A DNA stretch of 64,000 bases from Candidatus Marinacidobacterales bacterium (GCA_965224085.1 CBDCYI010000011.1:1184001-1248000); one strand, 5' to 3'; shown: positions 19,318 through 30,199, numbered from the stretch's first letter. Numbers and translations: made by a program. Notes: a model not told the origin generated them from the sequence alone.

Positions 19318-20556
19318 CTACGAGGACATCCCGCGTGCCGCCACCGGCCAGACCGCCTCGACACGCTCGTTTCGCACGGCGTACATGCGGTCGTAGAGGT
19401 TCACGACGGGGTCGCAGTGGGAGACGATCAGCTCGAGCTTGTCGCCGACTCGGTACGTGCGGCTGGCTTTTTCGTAACCGATCGACCCGAACTCGTCCGA
19501 GCCCGATCGATAGGTGATACCGCTCTCGCCTTTCACGATTGGCCACGGTCGGTTGATCGTGCACGCCTTCGCGCCCGCGTCCGCGGTGGCGCGGCCTTCG
19601 TACTGATCGTTCAGCACCGTGGTCAAAATCGTCAAGGACGGTGCGAAATCGGAGTACACCTCGGGGTCGCTCTCACCACCGATGGCAAGATACTGGGCAT
19701 CCATGAAGACATAGCTTCCCACCTGCACGTCGGTCAAGCCTTCGGTGTCGTGGTCGATGTTGTAAGTGCCCGTCCCACCGCCGCTGAAGATCTCGGTGTT
19801 CAGCCCGGACCGCTTCAATGACGCCAGCGTTTCAGCGGCAGGCACAAGCCGCTCGAGCGTCTGTGCTTTCCTCTTTTCGAAACCCTTGACGTGTTGAGAC
19901 CCGCCGTCGTAACAGAGCATGCCGCGGAGCTTCAAACCGGGGAGCCGGTCGACGTGACGCGCGAGCTCGAGAGCCGGCTCGCCGGGCGTGATACCGGTGC
20001 GATGCCTTCCAGGGTCGACATCGATGACAACGTCCGCTGCCAGACCGAAAGCCACCGCCGCCTCGGAGAGCGCACGCGCGTTGGCAGGGCTGTCCGTAGC
20101 CTGGATGAATTGGTTGCACCATTTGCGCAAAGCCATCGCCCGCTGGATCTTGTACGGCGTCACGTTGGTGGTCGTCATGAGAATCCGGTCGATGCCGTGC
20201 TCGAACATCACCTCGGCTTCGCTCACTTTGGCAACGCAGATCCCCACGGAGCCACTAGCAAGCTGGAGCCGAGCGATGGCCGGGCACTTGTGGGTTTTGA
20301 CGTGCGGCCGGCTCGCGATGCGGTTGCGGCGGACCATCTGCTGCATCGCGCTTAGGTTGGCCTCGAGCGCATCGAGGTCGACAATAAGCGCGGGAGTGTC
20401 GAGATCCCACTTCGAGATTCCCACCTCGCGGGCGGACTCCACGGTTACGGGGCGCGGCTCCGCTCCTGAAGCAGTCGCTGAAGAGCCAGCTGTCCAGATG
20501 CCCGCGGCACCGCCAGCTTGAAGAAATCGACGGCGTGAGACGACATGGTCGGTCAT
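19318..20556 (-). CDS. DSD1/D-threonine aldolase-like PLP enzyme (fold type III) with a Tat signal
   Basis: SRRRFLQ Tat motif; DTPAL..D, RPHVKTHK (PLP Lys), SGGGTGT, Q.GSYVFMD and HCDPVVNL. Confidence 0.9.
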   Translation of the reverse strand: MTDHVVSRRRFLQAGGAAGIWTAGSSATASGAEPRPVTVESAREVGISKWDLDTPALIVDLDALEANLSAMQQMVRRNRIASRPHVKTHKCPAIARLQLASGSVGICVAKVSEAEVMFEHGIDRILMTTTNVTPYKIQRAMALRKWCNQFIQATDSPANARALSEAAVAFGLAADVVIDVDPGRHRTGITPGEPALELARHVDRLPGLKLRGMLCYDGGSQHVKGFEKRKAQTLERLVPAAETLASLKRSGLNTEIFSGGGTGTYNIDHDTEGLTDVQVGSYVFMDAQYLAIGGESDPEVYSDFAPSLTILTTVLNDQYEGRATADAGAKACTINRPWPIVKGESGITYRSGSDEFGSIGYEKASRTYRVGDKLELIVSHCDPVVNLYDRMYAVRNERVEAVWPVAARGMSS

Positions 20557-20936
20557 AGTGACACCTGTATATGCCAATCGCTGCACGATCGCAACGGCCG
20601 AGCTCGCCTCTAGCGCGTACGGTGCCAAAACTCAGCCGCGCCGGCTGTGGAGTGTTGGCAGGGCTTTAAGGCAATTCGGTGCGAAGCCCACGCGGGGCGC
20701 GCGGGTCTGCACGTTTTCACAACACGCCGACAGTCGGATCTAGTCCTGGCCCTTTCCAATGACTCCGTAAGATCCAGTGAGGGTCAGCTTAGAAACCGTA
20801 GCGCTTTCACACGCCGGGCAACCGTACGGCTGTCGGCTCCGTTGAACGTGACTACCACACTAGCCTCCTGCGGCAAAGCTAGTCACGCCTGCACGGCTAG
20901 ACGCCGCAGTCCGCTTCGCTTATCAGCCTGACTTGC

Positions 20937-23345
20937 CTACACACCTGCAGCCTTGAGCTCGGCGAGCACACGCTCGTCCCGGAACGGAACCCGGCGAAGA
21001 CGCACTCCAGTCGCGTCGTAGATGGCGTTGGCGACGGCCGCGATCAGCGGTTTGCATACAGCTTCGCCGGCTCCGTAGGGCGGCAGATCGGGCCGGTCCG
21101 GATGGGGATCTCCGTTGACCAGGACGACGTCGATCGCGGCCGGCGTGTCGGCATGGGTGAGGCTGGGATGAGAACGCCAATCCACACTCGTGACCCTTTC
21201 GGTGTTGAAGCGCACCTCCTCGTGGAGCGCGCGGCTCAGCGAGTGGAGCATCCCGCCCTCGATCGTGCCGCGCAACCCTTCGGGATTGATGACCAGGCCG
21301 CAGTCGTGTGCGCAGACGAGCCGCTTGACCCAGACGTGACCGGTCTCGCGATTCACCTCGACCTCGGCAATCTCCGCGACCACGGTCTGGCTGCGGTAGG
21401 AGTACGCCATTCCACGCCCCGTCAAGATGGCTTCAGCGTCGCGTGGTTTCGGCGAGACGCGGGTATCCCACCCGTAGGCATCCGCGGCCGCGCGAATGGC
21501 CGCGATCGAGCGCGCTCGTCTGAACCCGCTGTCGTCGTCGGTGCTGGCGGTGAGCAGCCTCAGTCGAAAGGCAACCGGATCAGCTTGCGCCGCCACCGCA
21601 AGCTCGTCGATGAACGATTCGGACGCGAAGGTCACCTGTGGTCCGTTCGGATCCCGAAGGTTCCCGGTTCGAAGCGGCGTTTCCCAGACCGCGGGAAGGC
21701 GTACGACCTTCCCCGTCACACGCCGGTTCGGGATCGCATACAGGTCCGTGGGTGTCGTCGCCCGGCCGGCGTTCGGCGTCTCTTTCCTCGCCCCAATGAG
21801 TTGTGCGATCAAAACCGTCTCGACCTCGTTGTACCCAACGTGATTGTAGTCGGCGCTCTGAGCCTTGTAATCGAACGCAACGACATTTCCCTCTGCGTCC
21901 AACCCTCCACGTAACGTGAACGTATAAGGGGGACCCTTCGTATCCCAGGCGGTCTCTTCGTCCCGCATCCACTGCACGCGAACCGGCCGGCCGATCTCTT
22001 TCGCCAGAAACGCCGCCTCGAAGCCGGCGTCGTCTGCGGCCGTGCGTCCGTAGGACTGAGGCCCTTCCATCCATACCACGCGCACCTGATCCTTTGACAT
22101 CCCAAGAAACTCGGCGACCCCGCGCCGCATGCCGTAGGATTTCATGTCGTTCGAATAGATCGTCATCTGACCGTCCGACGGGTCGGCCAGGGCATGGGCT
22201 GGACCGAAGGCCGTGTGCCCTTGGAAAGGGAAGTCGTATTCGGCTTCGACAACCGTCGCTGCGCTCTCGAGAGCCGCCTCCGGATTGCCCACCACATCCG
22301 GATCCCAGCTCGACATGGGCGTTGCACCGCGCATATACCCGTAAAGCTCGTCGGATGTCGGGAACGGCGCAGCCGCCGGCTTCTCCCAGTCGATTTTGAG
22401 TTTTCTGGAGGCGTCGATCGCCTGCTCCTCCCGCTCGCAGACCACCGCCACATAATTGCCTTTGCTGACCACTCGGATGAATCCCGGCAGATCCTTGACG
22501 GAAGACTCGTCGATGCGGATGAGTTTCGCGCCGACAACCGGTGGCCTGACGTTGCGAGCATGCACCATTCCCGGAAGCTTGACATCCACCGCCCATGTCA
22601 GCGACCCGTCCACCTTGGGTGGAATGTCGTAGCGCTCTCGAGATTGGCCGACGTTCCGGAGCTCTTGCACCGGCTTGACCACGGCTCGGCCGGTGGTCTC
22701 GTTGACGTTTTCCCCCGTCAGCGTGACATGGAACTGCTTCCCATCGATAAGCTCCGCGTAGGTGACTCTCTTCGAGGGATCCGACTTCAGCGTGATCACG
22801 GCGTTGTTAACATTTAGCTGCTCGACAGGTACCCCTAACCTTTTTTCGGCCAGCTCCAGCAAGACGCGTCTGGCCTCGGCGGCCACCCTTCGCATCGGCC
22901 AACCATCTCTCTGTATCGCATCGGAGCCACCGGATCCCCCCTGGTCCGGCGTGACGTCGGTGCTGCCCATGATGACGTTGGTGTCATCGTAGGCGATATC
23001 TAGCTCGTCGGACATCATCTGCCGAAACGCGGTTCCCGTCCCCTGGCCGCAATCGGTCTTACCGACAAAAAAGGTCGCCGTATTGTTCTCATGAATGACG
23101 ATCCACGAATCGAGTTGCCTGAAGTCGGGGTCGGGATACGGGCCCGCTGCCTGGGTTGCAGCCGCTTCGCCCTGCGCAGCCACAACGAGCGCGCTGGCAG
23201 GGGAGATGGCCGCCGCGCTGAAGCTCACCACGAAGATACCCGAGGTCTTGAGGAAATCCCTCCGGGAAGTCGCAGCGCTCCGCTGCTCCAGCGCGTCCTT
23301 GATCTGTTTCGGGATCTGTTTCGGGATACTCGTGAAGGTTGTCAT
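20937..23345 (-). CDS. Xanthine dehydrogenase-family molybdopterin-binding subunit (IorB-like) with a Tat signal
   Basis: SRRDFLK, GQGTGT, AHDCGLVINP...IEGG and GAGE...AVANAI.DATG.RLR.VPF. Confidence 0.93.
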   Translation of the reverse strand: MTTFTSIPKQIPKQIKDALEQRSAATSRRDFLKTSGIFVVSFSAAAISPASALVVAAQGEAAATQAAGPYPDPDFRQLDSWIVIHENNTATFFVGKTDCGQGTGTAFRQMMSDELDIAYDDTNVIMGSTDVTPDQGGSGGSDAIQRDGWPMRRVAAEARRVLLELAEKRLGVPVEQLNVNNAVITLKSDPSKRVTYAELIDGKQFHVTLTGENVNETTGRAVVKPVQELRNVGQSRERYDIPPKVDGSLTWAVDVKLPGMVHARNVRPPVVGAKLIRIDESSVKDLPGFIRVVSKGNYVAVVCEREEQAIDASRKLKIDWEKPAAAPFPTSDELYGYMRGATPMSSWDPDVVGNPEAALESAATVVEAEYDFPFQGHTAFGPAHALADPSDGQMTIYSNDMKSYGMRRGVAEFLGMSKDQVRVVWMEGPQSYGRTAADDAGFEAAFLAKEIGRPVRVQWMRDEETAWDTKGPPYTFTLRGGLDAEGNVVAFDYKAQSADYNHVGYNEVETVLIAQLIGARKETPNAGRATTPTDLYAIPNRRVTGKVVRLPAVWETPLRTGNLRDPNGPQVTFASESFIDELAVAAQADPVAFRLRLLTASTDDDSGFRRARSIAAIRAAADAYGWDTRVSPKPRDAEAILTGRGMAYSYRSQTVVAEIAEVEVNRETGHVWVKRLVCAHDCGLVINPEGLRGTIEGGMLHSLSRALHEEVRFNTERVTSVDWRSHPSLTHADTPAAIDVVLVNGDPHPDRPDLPPYGAGEAVCKPLIAAVANAIYDATGVRLRRVPFRDERVLAELKAAGV

Positions 23346-23839
23346 CAGCCCACCTTCCTTTCGGACGCGGCGACACCTGCAGAGGATTCTCCCGCGGCAC
23401 GTTTGACCGCCGCCTGGATCCGGTAATAGGTCATACACCGGCACATGGCGCTCGCCATACCCTTACGGATTTCGGCGTCCGTCGGATTCGGATTTCGGTC
23501 CAGAAGCGCCTTGGCCGTCATGATCTGCCCGTTCTGGCAGAAGCCGCACTGTGGAACCTGCTCGTCGATCCAGGCCTGCTGCACCGGGTGCAGAGTGCCG
23601 TCTTTGGCGAGTCCTTCGAGCGTGGTTATCTCGCCTTTGACTCGGGACGTCGGCGTCACACACGACCGTGTCGCCACACCGTTGATGATCACCGTGCACG
23701 CCCCGCACTGGCCGAGTCCGCAACCAAACCGCGGGCCTCGCAAGCCGAGATCGTTTCGCAAGACGTAGAGCAGTCGGGTCGAAGGGTCGATATCCACGGT
23801 GTGGTTCGTGCCGTTCACGTTCAATGTCACGTTGCTCAT
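23345..23839 (-). CDS. (2Fe-2S)-binding small subunit (IorA/CoxS-like)
   Basis: GCGLGQCGACTV, SC, QCGFCQ.G and CRC motifs. Confidence 0.95.
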   Translation of the reverse strand: MSNVTLNVNGTNHTVDIDPSTRLLYVLRNDLGLRGPRFGCGLGQCGACTVIINGVATRSCVTPTSRVKGEITTLEGLAKDGTLHPVQQAWIDEQVPQCGFCQNGQIMTAKALLDRNPNPTDAEIRKGMASAMCRCMTYYRIQAAVKRAAGESSAGVAASERKVG

Positions 23840-24276
23840 CGTCCATGCTCCTTAGACATCGGATGGATGGGTCAAAGGCGCGTACGATTTTCCTGCCGGT
23901 CTGAAGTTCATCGGATCGTATCGCCTCTAATGAGGTGGCTGGCTAGCAACGATCACGCTAGCGCGCAATGACTGTACTGGATCGCGGCCGATTCGACAAA
24001 TGAAACAGATGGGTCTGCGCCGCAGCTGAGGGCGACGTCCTGCTCAGTAGGATCAGCGGTAGCGCCGGTCCCATCGGCACGCGCCGCATCGCGCTCGCGC
24101 ACGAAACCGGCGGCTGGACCGAAGCGCACTGGGCGTCGGTCCGGCTGAGACCTACTTCGGCGCCTTCATCGTTCACGAAGGCCACCCTACGAGCTCGACC
24201 GGCCGCGTCCCTGGCGTGCCTTGACGTCGAGAATGGCGAGCGCAAGTGGAAGGTCGATGGCATCCATTAGTACCTA

Positions 24277-24305
24277 TTGACGATACTATCGTTTGTCGCT
24301 ACCAT
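24277..24305 (+). promoter_or_regulatory. Sigma70 promoter with an internal palindromic operator; probably gives a leaderless transcript
   Basis: TTGACG (24277-24282), 17 nt, TACCAT (24300-24305). Palindrome ACGATA-C-TATCGT at 24280-24292. The GTG start is 7 nt after the -10 box. Confidence 0.7.
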
Positions 24306-24311
24306 TAAAAG

Positions 24312-24785
24312 GTGAAACACCCAGGCGAGTACCTCAAAGAGAGCTTCCTCGACCCCCTCCGCATCACGCCCTACCGGTTGGCGAAAAGCATCGGCGTCCA
24401 CCAGACGCGAATCTCCCAGATCTTGCACGGCAAGCGTGGCATTACCCCAGACACGGCCGTGCGGCTCGGAGCATTCTTCGGCGTGCCACCCCGATGGTTC
24501 ATGGACCTGCAAGTGCGCTACGACCTTGTTCGAGCCGCGTCCTGCGCGGAAGGAATAGAGCAGTTCCCAGGTCGATACTGGGTCCGTCCGAGCGGCGCCC
24601 GGTGGCTGGATCCTGCTCCCCTGGCTCAACCGACTACCCATCGTATCGACCCCGAGTTCCGAGAGCGAGTTCGCGCTCAGGCGGCGCTGTCGCCGACGCG
24701 CCGGCGTCGCCAACTCGTTGCCGTCGAGTACGACAACGGAATGAAGGCCGTCGTCGGACAGGAGATCGATGAACCGCCTTCATGA
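24312..24785 (+). CDS. HigA-family HTH antitoxin-like protein with a C-terminal extension
   Basis: HPGEYLKESFL.PL.IT.Y.LA..IGV...RISQI..GKR.IT.DTA.RL..FFG...W..LQ..YDL. Confidence 0.88.
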   Translation: MKHPGEYLKESFLDPLRITPYRLAKSIGVHQTRISQILHGKRGITPDTAVRLGAFFGVPPRWFMDLQVRYDLVRAASCAEGIEQFPGRYWVRPSGARWLDPAPLAQPTTHRIDPEFRERVRAQAALSPTRRRRQLVAVEYDNGMKAVVGQEIDEPPS

Positions 24786-25275
24786 ACTTGACGCAGTCGT
24801 TGCGGCCAACGTGATCGAGGACGCCATCGAGATTGGGGAACTGCTGTCCCGTCTAAGGGTTCCTCACGCGCTGATCGGTGGACTGGCGGTTGGGCTCAAC
24901 GGTTTCCCACGCGCCACGAAAGACGTGGACTACCTCGTCGGATTGGAGGCCTTCGAGAAGACCGCACCGGTCCTCGTCTACCGGTCGGAGCTGAAGGACC
25001 GTATCGAGATGGCCGTCGTCGACCTGCTCGCCGTACCCGACGCATTCCCGTGCCTCGCCGATCAACTGGCGGTCGTGGAGGTTGGCGAGGTACACGTCAT
25101 CGCTCCCGAGGCTCTCATCCTGATGAAGTTATCCGCCAATCGCCCACAGGATCGCGCCGACGTCGCGCGCCTTCTCGACGCCGTCATCGACGAACGGGGC
25201 GTTGCCTCCTATCTCGCCGAAAACGCGCCTGACTTGCTCAACCGCTTCGCCGAGCTCGTCGACGAAGTGCGATGA
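24769..25275 (+). CDS. Nucleotidyltransferase (pol-beta superfamily, AbiEii/MenT-like)
   Basis: LIGGLAV...G..RATKDVD and LILMKL.A.R.QD.AD motifs; overlaps the upstream gene. Confidence 0.82.
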   Translation: MNRLHELDAVVAANVIEDAIEIGELLSRLRVPHALIGGLAVGLNGFPRATKDVDYLVGLEAFEKTAPVLVYRSELKDRIEMAVVDLLAVPDAFPCLADQLAVVEVGEVHVIAPEALILMKLSANRPQDRADVARLLDAVIDERGVASYLAENAPDLLNRFAELVDEVR

Positions 25276-25773
25276 GTCGCAGGCATCTGTGAACCGGCGA
25301 CTCCCGCACTCCACCAAACCTGTGCCTCGTCTATCGTAGCTCACGAAGCTCGGGTTCATTGCGTCCAATCGTCGCAGCAGCCCACCTAGATCATCCGCGT
25401 CATGTCCAAAAAATACGAACGGCGCCGAACGCTCGACGCCCAGAGGCGCTCACGAGATCGCAGGGACGAACCGACAGCGCGCCGGTTCGGCCAGAGGCGA
25501 GCGCCGAGCGGATCCCTGGTACCGTCCTCGGGCGCACACCGACTCCTACGCGCCTCGCGGAGCCGCCCAACCGCTCGCGACAGCGGACGCTCCATGACGA
25601 CTCCCGGCGTCGAGAGACATCGGCAAAACCTATCGGTTCGACCGATTGGTTACAACCACCGACTCTGCACGTGCGGAGTTGGAGATAAAACGTCCGATCA
25701 TCTGACGCATCCAGCGTACAGGGAGGAAACGAAACCCAAAACTCGTCTTATACCTATATAAGGAGTCGCGCCC

Positions 25774-26850
25774 ATGATTCTGCGGTTCAAGAACTATTTC
25801 TCGCACCTCGAACGACGCACACATGCGGAGCTCGATTCTTCGGCCGAGAAGCTGGTGCGGGGAGAGAAACGAAACGTCGCTCTGCTCATCGCTTATCTTT
25901 CAGAGATGTCGCGGCGAAAGACCGCGCTCGAGCTCGGCTACAAGAGCCTCTTCGACTATTGCGTCAACAGACTGAAGCTGAGCGAGGGCTCTGTCGCGCG
26001 TCGCATTCAAGTGGCTAACGTGGCCAGGCGGTTTCCGCAGATGCTCGTTGCGTTGGCTGAGAACACGATCACCTTGACGGCCGCGGGACTTCTCGCTCCG
26101 CACCTTCGCACCAACAATGCCGATAAGTTGATCTCCGATGGCGCCGGCCTTTCCTCCCGTGCCGTCGAGGAGTGTCTCGTCGCGTTACAGCCGCGGGCCG
26201 TCTTTCGATCGTCGATCCGCAAGCAGCCAAGGGCGACCAAGAACACTCCGAAAGCGGCGCCTGCGCCACCATCAGGTGTGCCGCCCACTCCGAGGCCGCC
26301 GACCCCTCCCGTCGTGCAACCCGCGCGCCCCGAGACGTTCAACTTCCGCTTCTCCGCCGACAAGGAATTCAAAGAAAAGCTCGAGCGGTTGGCGGAGGTG
26401 ATGGGCGTCGAGAATCCCGCACAGCATATGGCCGAGCTTTTAGGGGCGGCCGTCGATCTCGCGCTCGAGAAGAAGGATCCGAAGAAGAAACTCGAAAGAC
26501 GCCGGAAGCGAGAAAGCCAACGCCAAACGCCCGAGTCGCGACCTCGCGCGCGCAGGGTGTCACCAAAAGTAACAGAAGTGCCCTCACGCTATGTGACGTC
26601 GGCGGTGCGCGAGCGTGTGTTCGCTCGCGCGGGGTACCAATGCGAGTATCGAAGTTGGGACGGGACGCGGTGCAGCTCGCGCACGGGGCTAGAGCTCGAG
26701 CATACACGGCCGTTCGGCGTTGTTCCAAGCCACGACGAGAAGCTGCTGAAAGCCTTGTGCCGTGCGCATAACCGTTTGGCCGCCGATCGTTTCTACGGCA
26801 CCGAGTTCATGGAAGCGAAGGTTGCGGAGGCCCGATCGCGCTCGGGCTAG
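25774..26850 (+). CDS. DUF222-like domain plus HNH endonuclease (paralog of 2882-4000)
   Basis: LGYKSLFDYC...L.LSEGS..RRI.VA...RRFP; VFARAGYQCEY....RC....LELEH...LC.AHN. Confidence 0.85.
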   Translation: MILRFKNYFSHLERRTHAELDSSAEKLVRGEKRNVALLIAYLSEMSRRKTALELGYKSLFDYCVNRLKLSEGSVARRIQVANVARRFPQMLVALAENTITLTAAGLLAPHLRTNNADKLISDGAGLSSRAVEECLVALQPRAVFRSSIRKQPRATKNTPKAAPAPPSGVPPTPRPPTPPVVQPARPETFNFRFSADKEFKEKLERLAEVMGVENPAQHMAELLGAAVDLALEKKDPKKKLERRRKRESQRQTPESRPRARRVSPKVTEVPSRYVTSAVRERVFARAGYQCEYRSWDGTRCSSRTGLELEHTRPFGVVPSHDEKLLKALCRAHNRLAADRFYGTEFMEAKVAEARSRSG

Positions 26851-27141
26851 TCGTCAGTCGGGACGCGACGCTAAAACGTTGGCTCACGGTTCGGGGACTC
26901 TCTCGATGCGAGAACTGCGTTTCGAAAGACGAAATCGAGAAGATCTTGCGCGAACACATCACCCGGGCATCGGATATCAGCGAGTGCAGCATCCCGCCCT
27001 CCATCGTGCCGGCAACCCATCGGGGTTGATGACAACGCCGCAGTCGTGCGTGCCTCCGGATCACATTCCCGGTTGACTCATCCACGTTGTTTTGATATCT
27101 ATTGAACCGAAATTAATCAAATCGTCACACGCGCTCCACTC

Positions 27142-27780
27142 ATGGGAGAAGACGGTATGGCTCGATCCAAATCCAAGACTCCATCGGAGGGTCCGGACGC
27201 CGACTACATAGTCGAGCTGTTCAAGGCTTTGGCCGACCCGATCCGGCTTCGAATCATGGGTCTCCTTGTCGAGGAGGAGCGGTGTGGGCAGGAGCTGGCG
27301 GAGACGCTCAACCTGGCCCCCGGGACGGTCACCCACCACCTGCAGATGCTCCGGCGGCTCGGTCTGCTGAACGAGCAGCGGCGGCCGCCCTATACCTACG
27401 TCAAGCTCGACTACTCGAAGCTGCGCCAGGCGATCGTCCCCTTTCTGAAGAAAGAGAGGGTGCAACAACTCGCGGCCGGCCCGGATGTCGACCGAGAGAA
27501 GCGGTGGGTCCTGAACGCGTTCTTCGACGGAGCGACGCTCAAGTCGATCCCGGCCCAGAGACGGAAGAAGGAGATCGTCTTCGAGGAGATTCTTCGTCGT
27601 CTGCCCGCCAAGAGCTCCTTCAAGGAAGCGACACTCAGCCGGCTCCTCGAGAAGATCCACCCTGACTTCTGCACCATCCGTCGGGAGTTCATCATGGGTC
27701 GCTACATGGAGCGCCAGGATGGGGTCTATAGCTGGACGGAAAAGGGCCGGTCGGTTCGAGCGGGAGCGCGGCAGAGTTGA
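27142..27780 (+). CDS. ArsR-family regulator with a C-terminal DUF2087 domain
   Basis: FKALADPIRLRI...ELA..L......THHL..L (ArsR HTH); L.SIPAQRRKK...DFCTIRRE.I (DUF2087). Confidence 0.88.
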   Translation: MGEDGMARSKSKTPSEGPDADYIVELFKALADPIRLRIMGLLVEEERCGQELAETLNLAPGTVTHHLQMLRRLGLLNEQRRPPYTYVKLDYSKLRQAIVPFLKKERVQQLAAGPDVDREKRWVLNAFFDGATLKSIPAQRRKKEIVFEEILRRLPAKSSFKEATLSRLLEKIHPDFCTIRREFIMGRYMERQDGVYSWTEKGRSVRAGARQS

Positions 27781-28068
27781 TCCCGACCGTGATCGGTAAC
27801 TTCTCGCTCGCCCAGACGGCCCCCGCGTAGTGTCTTGAGCGCTGCTCCCGCATGACGTCGTCAGCCAGACGAGGAAGGTCTTGAGCACGCGATCACCTGA
27901 ATCGCCCGGAGTCCACTTGCGCCGCCGCTGCTCTTCGTCACGGGCTTGGGCTGGGTTGGTTTCTCGGTCGTAGATAATTTCCGCGTGCTGCCCATACGAG
28001 AGCTTGGGGGCGACCCATCCTCGGTCTTGTTCGGACAGGCCCGAGCGCGGTCAGCGCCCCGCGCCTCG

Positions 28069-29410
28069 TCACATCGCGACGCGCGCGAGGGTCTCCGTTG
28101 AGCTGGATGCTGCGGCCCTCGAGGTAACGGGAGCAGCGTCGGGCGACCTCACGTTGTGCGGGAACACCGACGCGGGGAAGGCGCGGGTCGACCATCGCGG
28201 TGCCTCGATCGCCTGCTGGACGTTCATGTCGAAGTCGACCACGTTCATGAGTGTCTGCACCGTGCGTTGGATCTGGTCGTCGCCGCCGGGGCTGCCGATG
28301 ATCATGAACGGCTCGCCGTCTTTCATCACGAGCGTGCTCTGCAGCGTCGAGCGCGGCCGCTTGCGAGGCTCGAGCGACTTCGCCTCGCCAGGCACCAGCG
28401 AGTAGTAGTCGCCCCGGCAGTTGAAGATGAATCCGAGATCGCCCATCACAACGCCCGTGCCGAACCCGCTGTGCAGGCTGGGCTCGAAGCTTACCATGTT
28501 CCGGTCCTTGTCGACCACGGCGATGTAGCTCGTGTCCTCCTCGGAGTAGTCCGCCTCGCCCACGTTCACACGCACCTCCGGCCCCGGCTCCAGCCGAAGG
28601 GCCTCCTCGGTCACCTTCGTGAACTTCTCGGGGTCCCCCGGACGAATTTCGGTCGAGGCCTTGTTCGGATCGATCAGCTTGCGGCGCTCGGCGGCATAGG
28701 CCTTTGACAGGAGGCCGTCGAACGGGATTCGCACGAAGTCGGTATCGCCGAGCTGCTCGCGATCCGCGAAGGCGAGCTTGAGCGCTTCCGCGCTCAGATG
28801 GATGTAATCGGCGCTGTTGTGCCCGAACTTCCCGAGCTCGTAGCCCTCGAGGATGTTCAGCATGAACAACTCGGCCGGCCCCTGGGTCGACGACTGGTTC
28901 TTGTACACCTCAAATCCACGGTAGTTGGTCGACACAGGCGTTTCGACCTGCGCGGTGTAGGCGGCGAAGTCCTCGTAGCGGTACAGACCCCCGTTCTCCT
29001 CCGAGAAGTCCGCCATGGCGCGAGCGATGTCACCCTTGTAGAAGCGGTCGCGTGCCGACCGGAGCGCTTCACTCCGTCCCTTGCCGATCGCCGCCTGTTC
29101 CGCCTCGATGAGCTTGCTCAGCATGCGCGCTGCGTCCGGATTGCGGAAGATCTCGCCGGGCTCAGGGGCCACGGCCGTCGGGGTAGTACACCTTCATCGT
29201 CGTCGGGTATTTATGGATCTTCTGCGAGCGCCCAATCGAGCGCGCGAGGCCCTCGCCCATGGGGAAGCCGTTCTCGGCGACGTCGATGGCCGGCTCGAGC
29301 ACCTGGGCGAACGACATCGTACCCCACCGGTCGAGCATCACGTACCACGCATCGATCACGGCCGGCATAGACGCCGAGAGCAGACCGTCGCTCGAGCTCA
29401 TCGATCGCAA
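28069..29410 (-). pseudogene. ggt: Gamma-glutamyltransferase, truncated at both ends with a frameshift near 29165
   Basis: FYKGDIA, the catalytic DTSYIAVVD..RNMVS, PRKRPRSTL and GSPGGD.Q motifs; N-terminus missing. Confidence 0.85.
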
Positions 29411-29752
29411 CCGTCCCGCCGCGGCGGAAATCGCTCAGGAGCCCGGCGCCTGGAAGCTGGCGTTAAAGGATCGTCAAGTCCTGCTCCTCGGGAAAGCCTA
29501 CGAGGGCCGCGCGATGTCGGCCTTCGAGTACTACGGTCACAATCGCGAAAAGCTGCTTGAGCGAGTCCGACAGGGTTCTCCAAACCTATCGCGCGCTTTC
29601 ACTCGACGTAGAGCCGCAAGGACCCCTGGCATGTGGTCGAGAATCCAGAGATGTCCCTCTCCGCGCAGGGGAGTCGAGGCACGGCCCGATGTCTCATCTT
29701 CTCGACGACAAATCGCGCTCGGACGGGTACAATTCATCTGGAAGGAGAGACG

Positions 29753-30102
29753 ATGCGCCTCAAGTCCCTGGTCGCGGTCGTCGTTGCCTCCCTCGCCGCA
29801 GGGATCAGTCTCGGTCAGTTCTCGTTGTTCGAGCGCTTGGACCTCGGCGGGGAGCCGGATCTCTCGAGCGCGCCGGAGTTCGTGTTCGCGCGCGTGCAGT
29901 TCGAGGGAACGTCCGGGCGCCGCCGCGGGGGATGGGCACACGACTACCCGCGGGCCGAGCAGAACCTTCTCAGAATCCTCGACGAGCTGACAGCCGTGCA
30001 CACCGAGCCCGCCGCCCACACGATCGTCTCGCTCGCGAGTCCCGAGATCATGAAGTACCCCGTGCTGTATTTCAGCGAGCCTGGCACGTGGGGCCTCACG
30101 GA
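29753..30102 (+). pseudogene. DUF4159-domain protein, 5' part (interrupted by the IS256/twintron)
   Basis: Signal peptide, FVFARVQF, WAHDYPRAEQNL and YP.LY.SEPG.W. It joins in frame to 39423 once the element and one TSD are removed. Confidence 0.9.
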
Positions 30103-30199
30103 GGGGATGGTCGAGTAGCTCAGCCATTCGGCTTTCGCCCTCACAGATCCGAGCGTGCGGCTTTCCCGCACTCGGCTCCTCCTGAAGGTATACCCGAAA

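Noticed and set aside
23300-23327. 12-bp tandem duplications (IPKQ here; EENA at 59311-59346) as contingency loci
   Set aside because: They are in-frame, low-copy and in flexible N-terminal regions, consistent with ordinary slippage.
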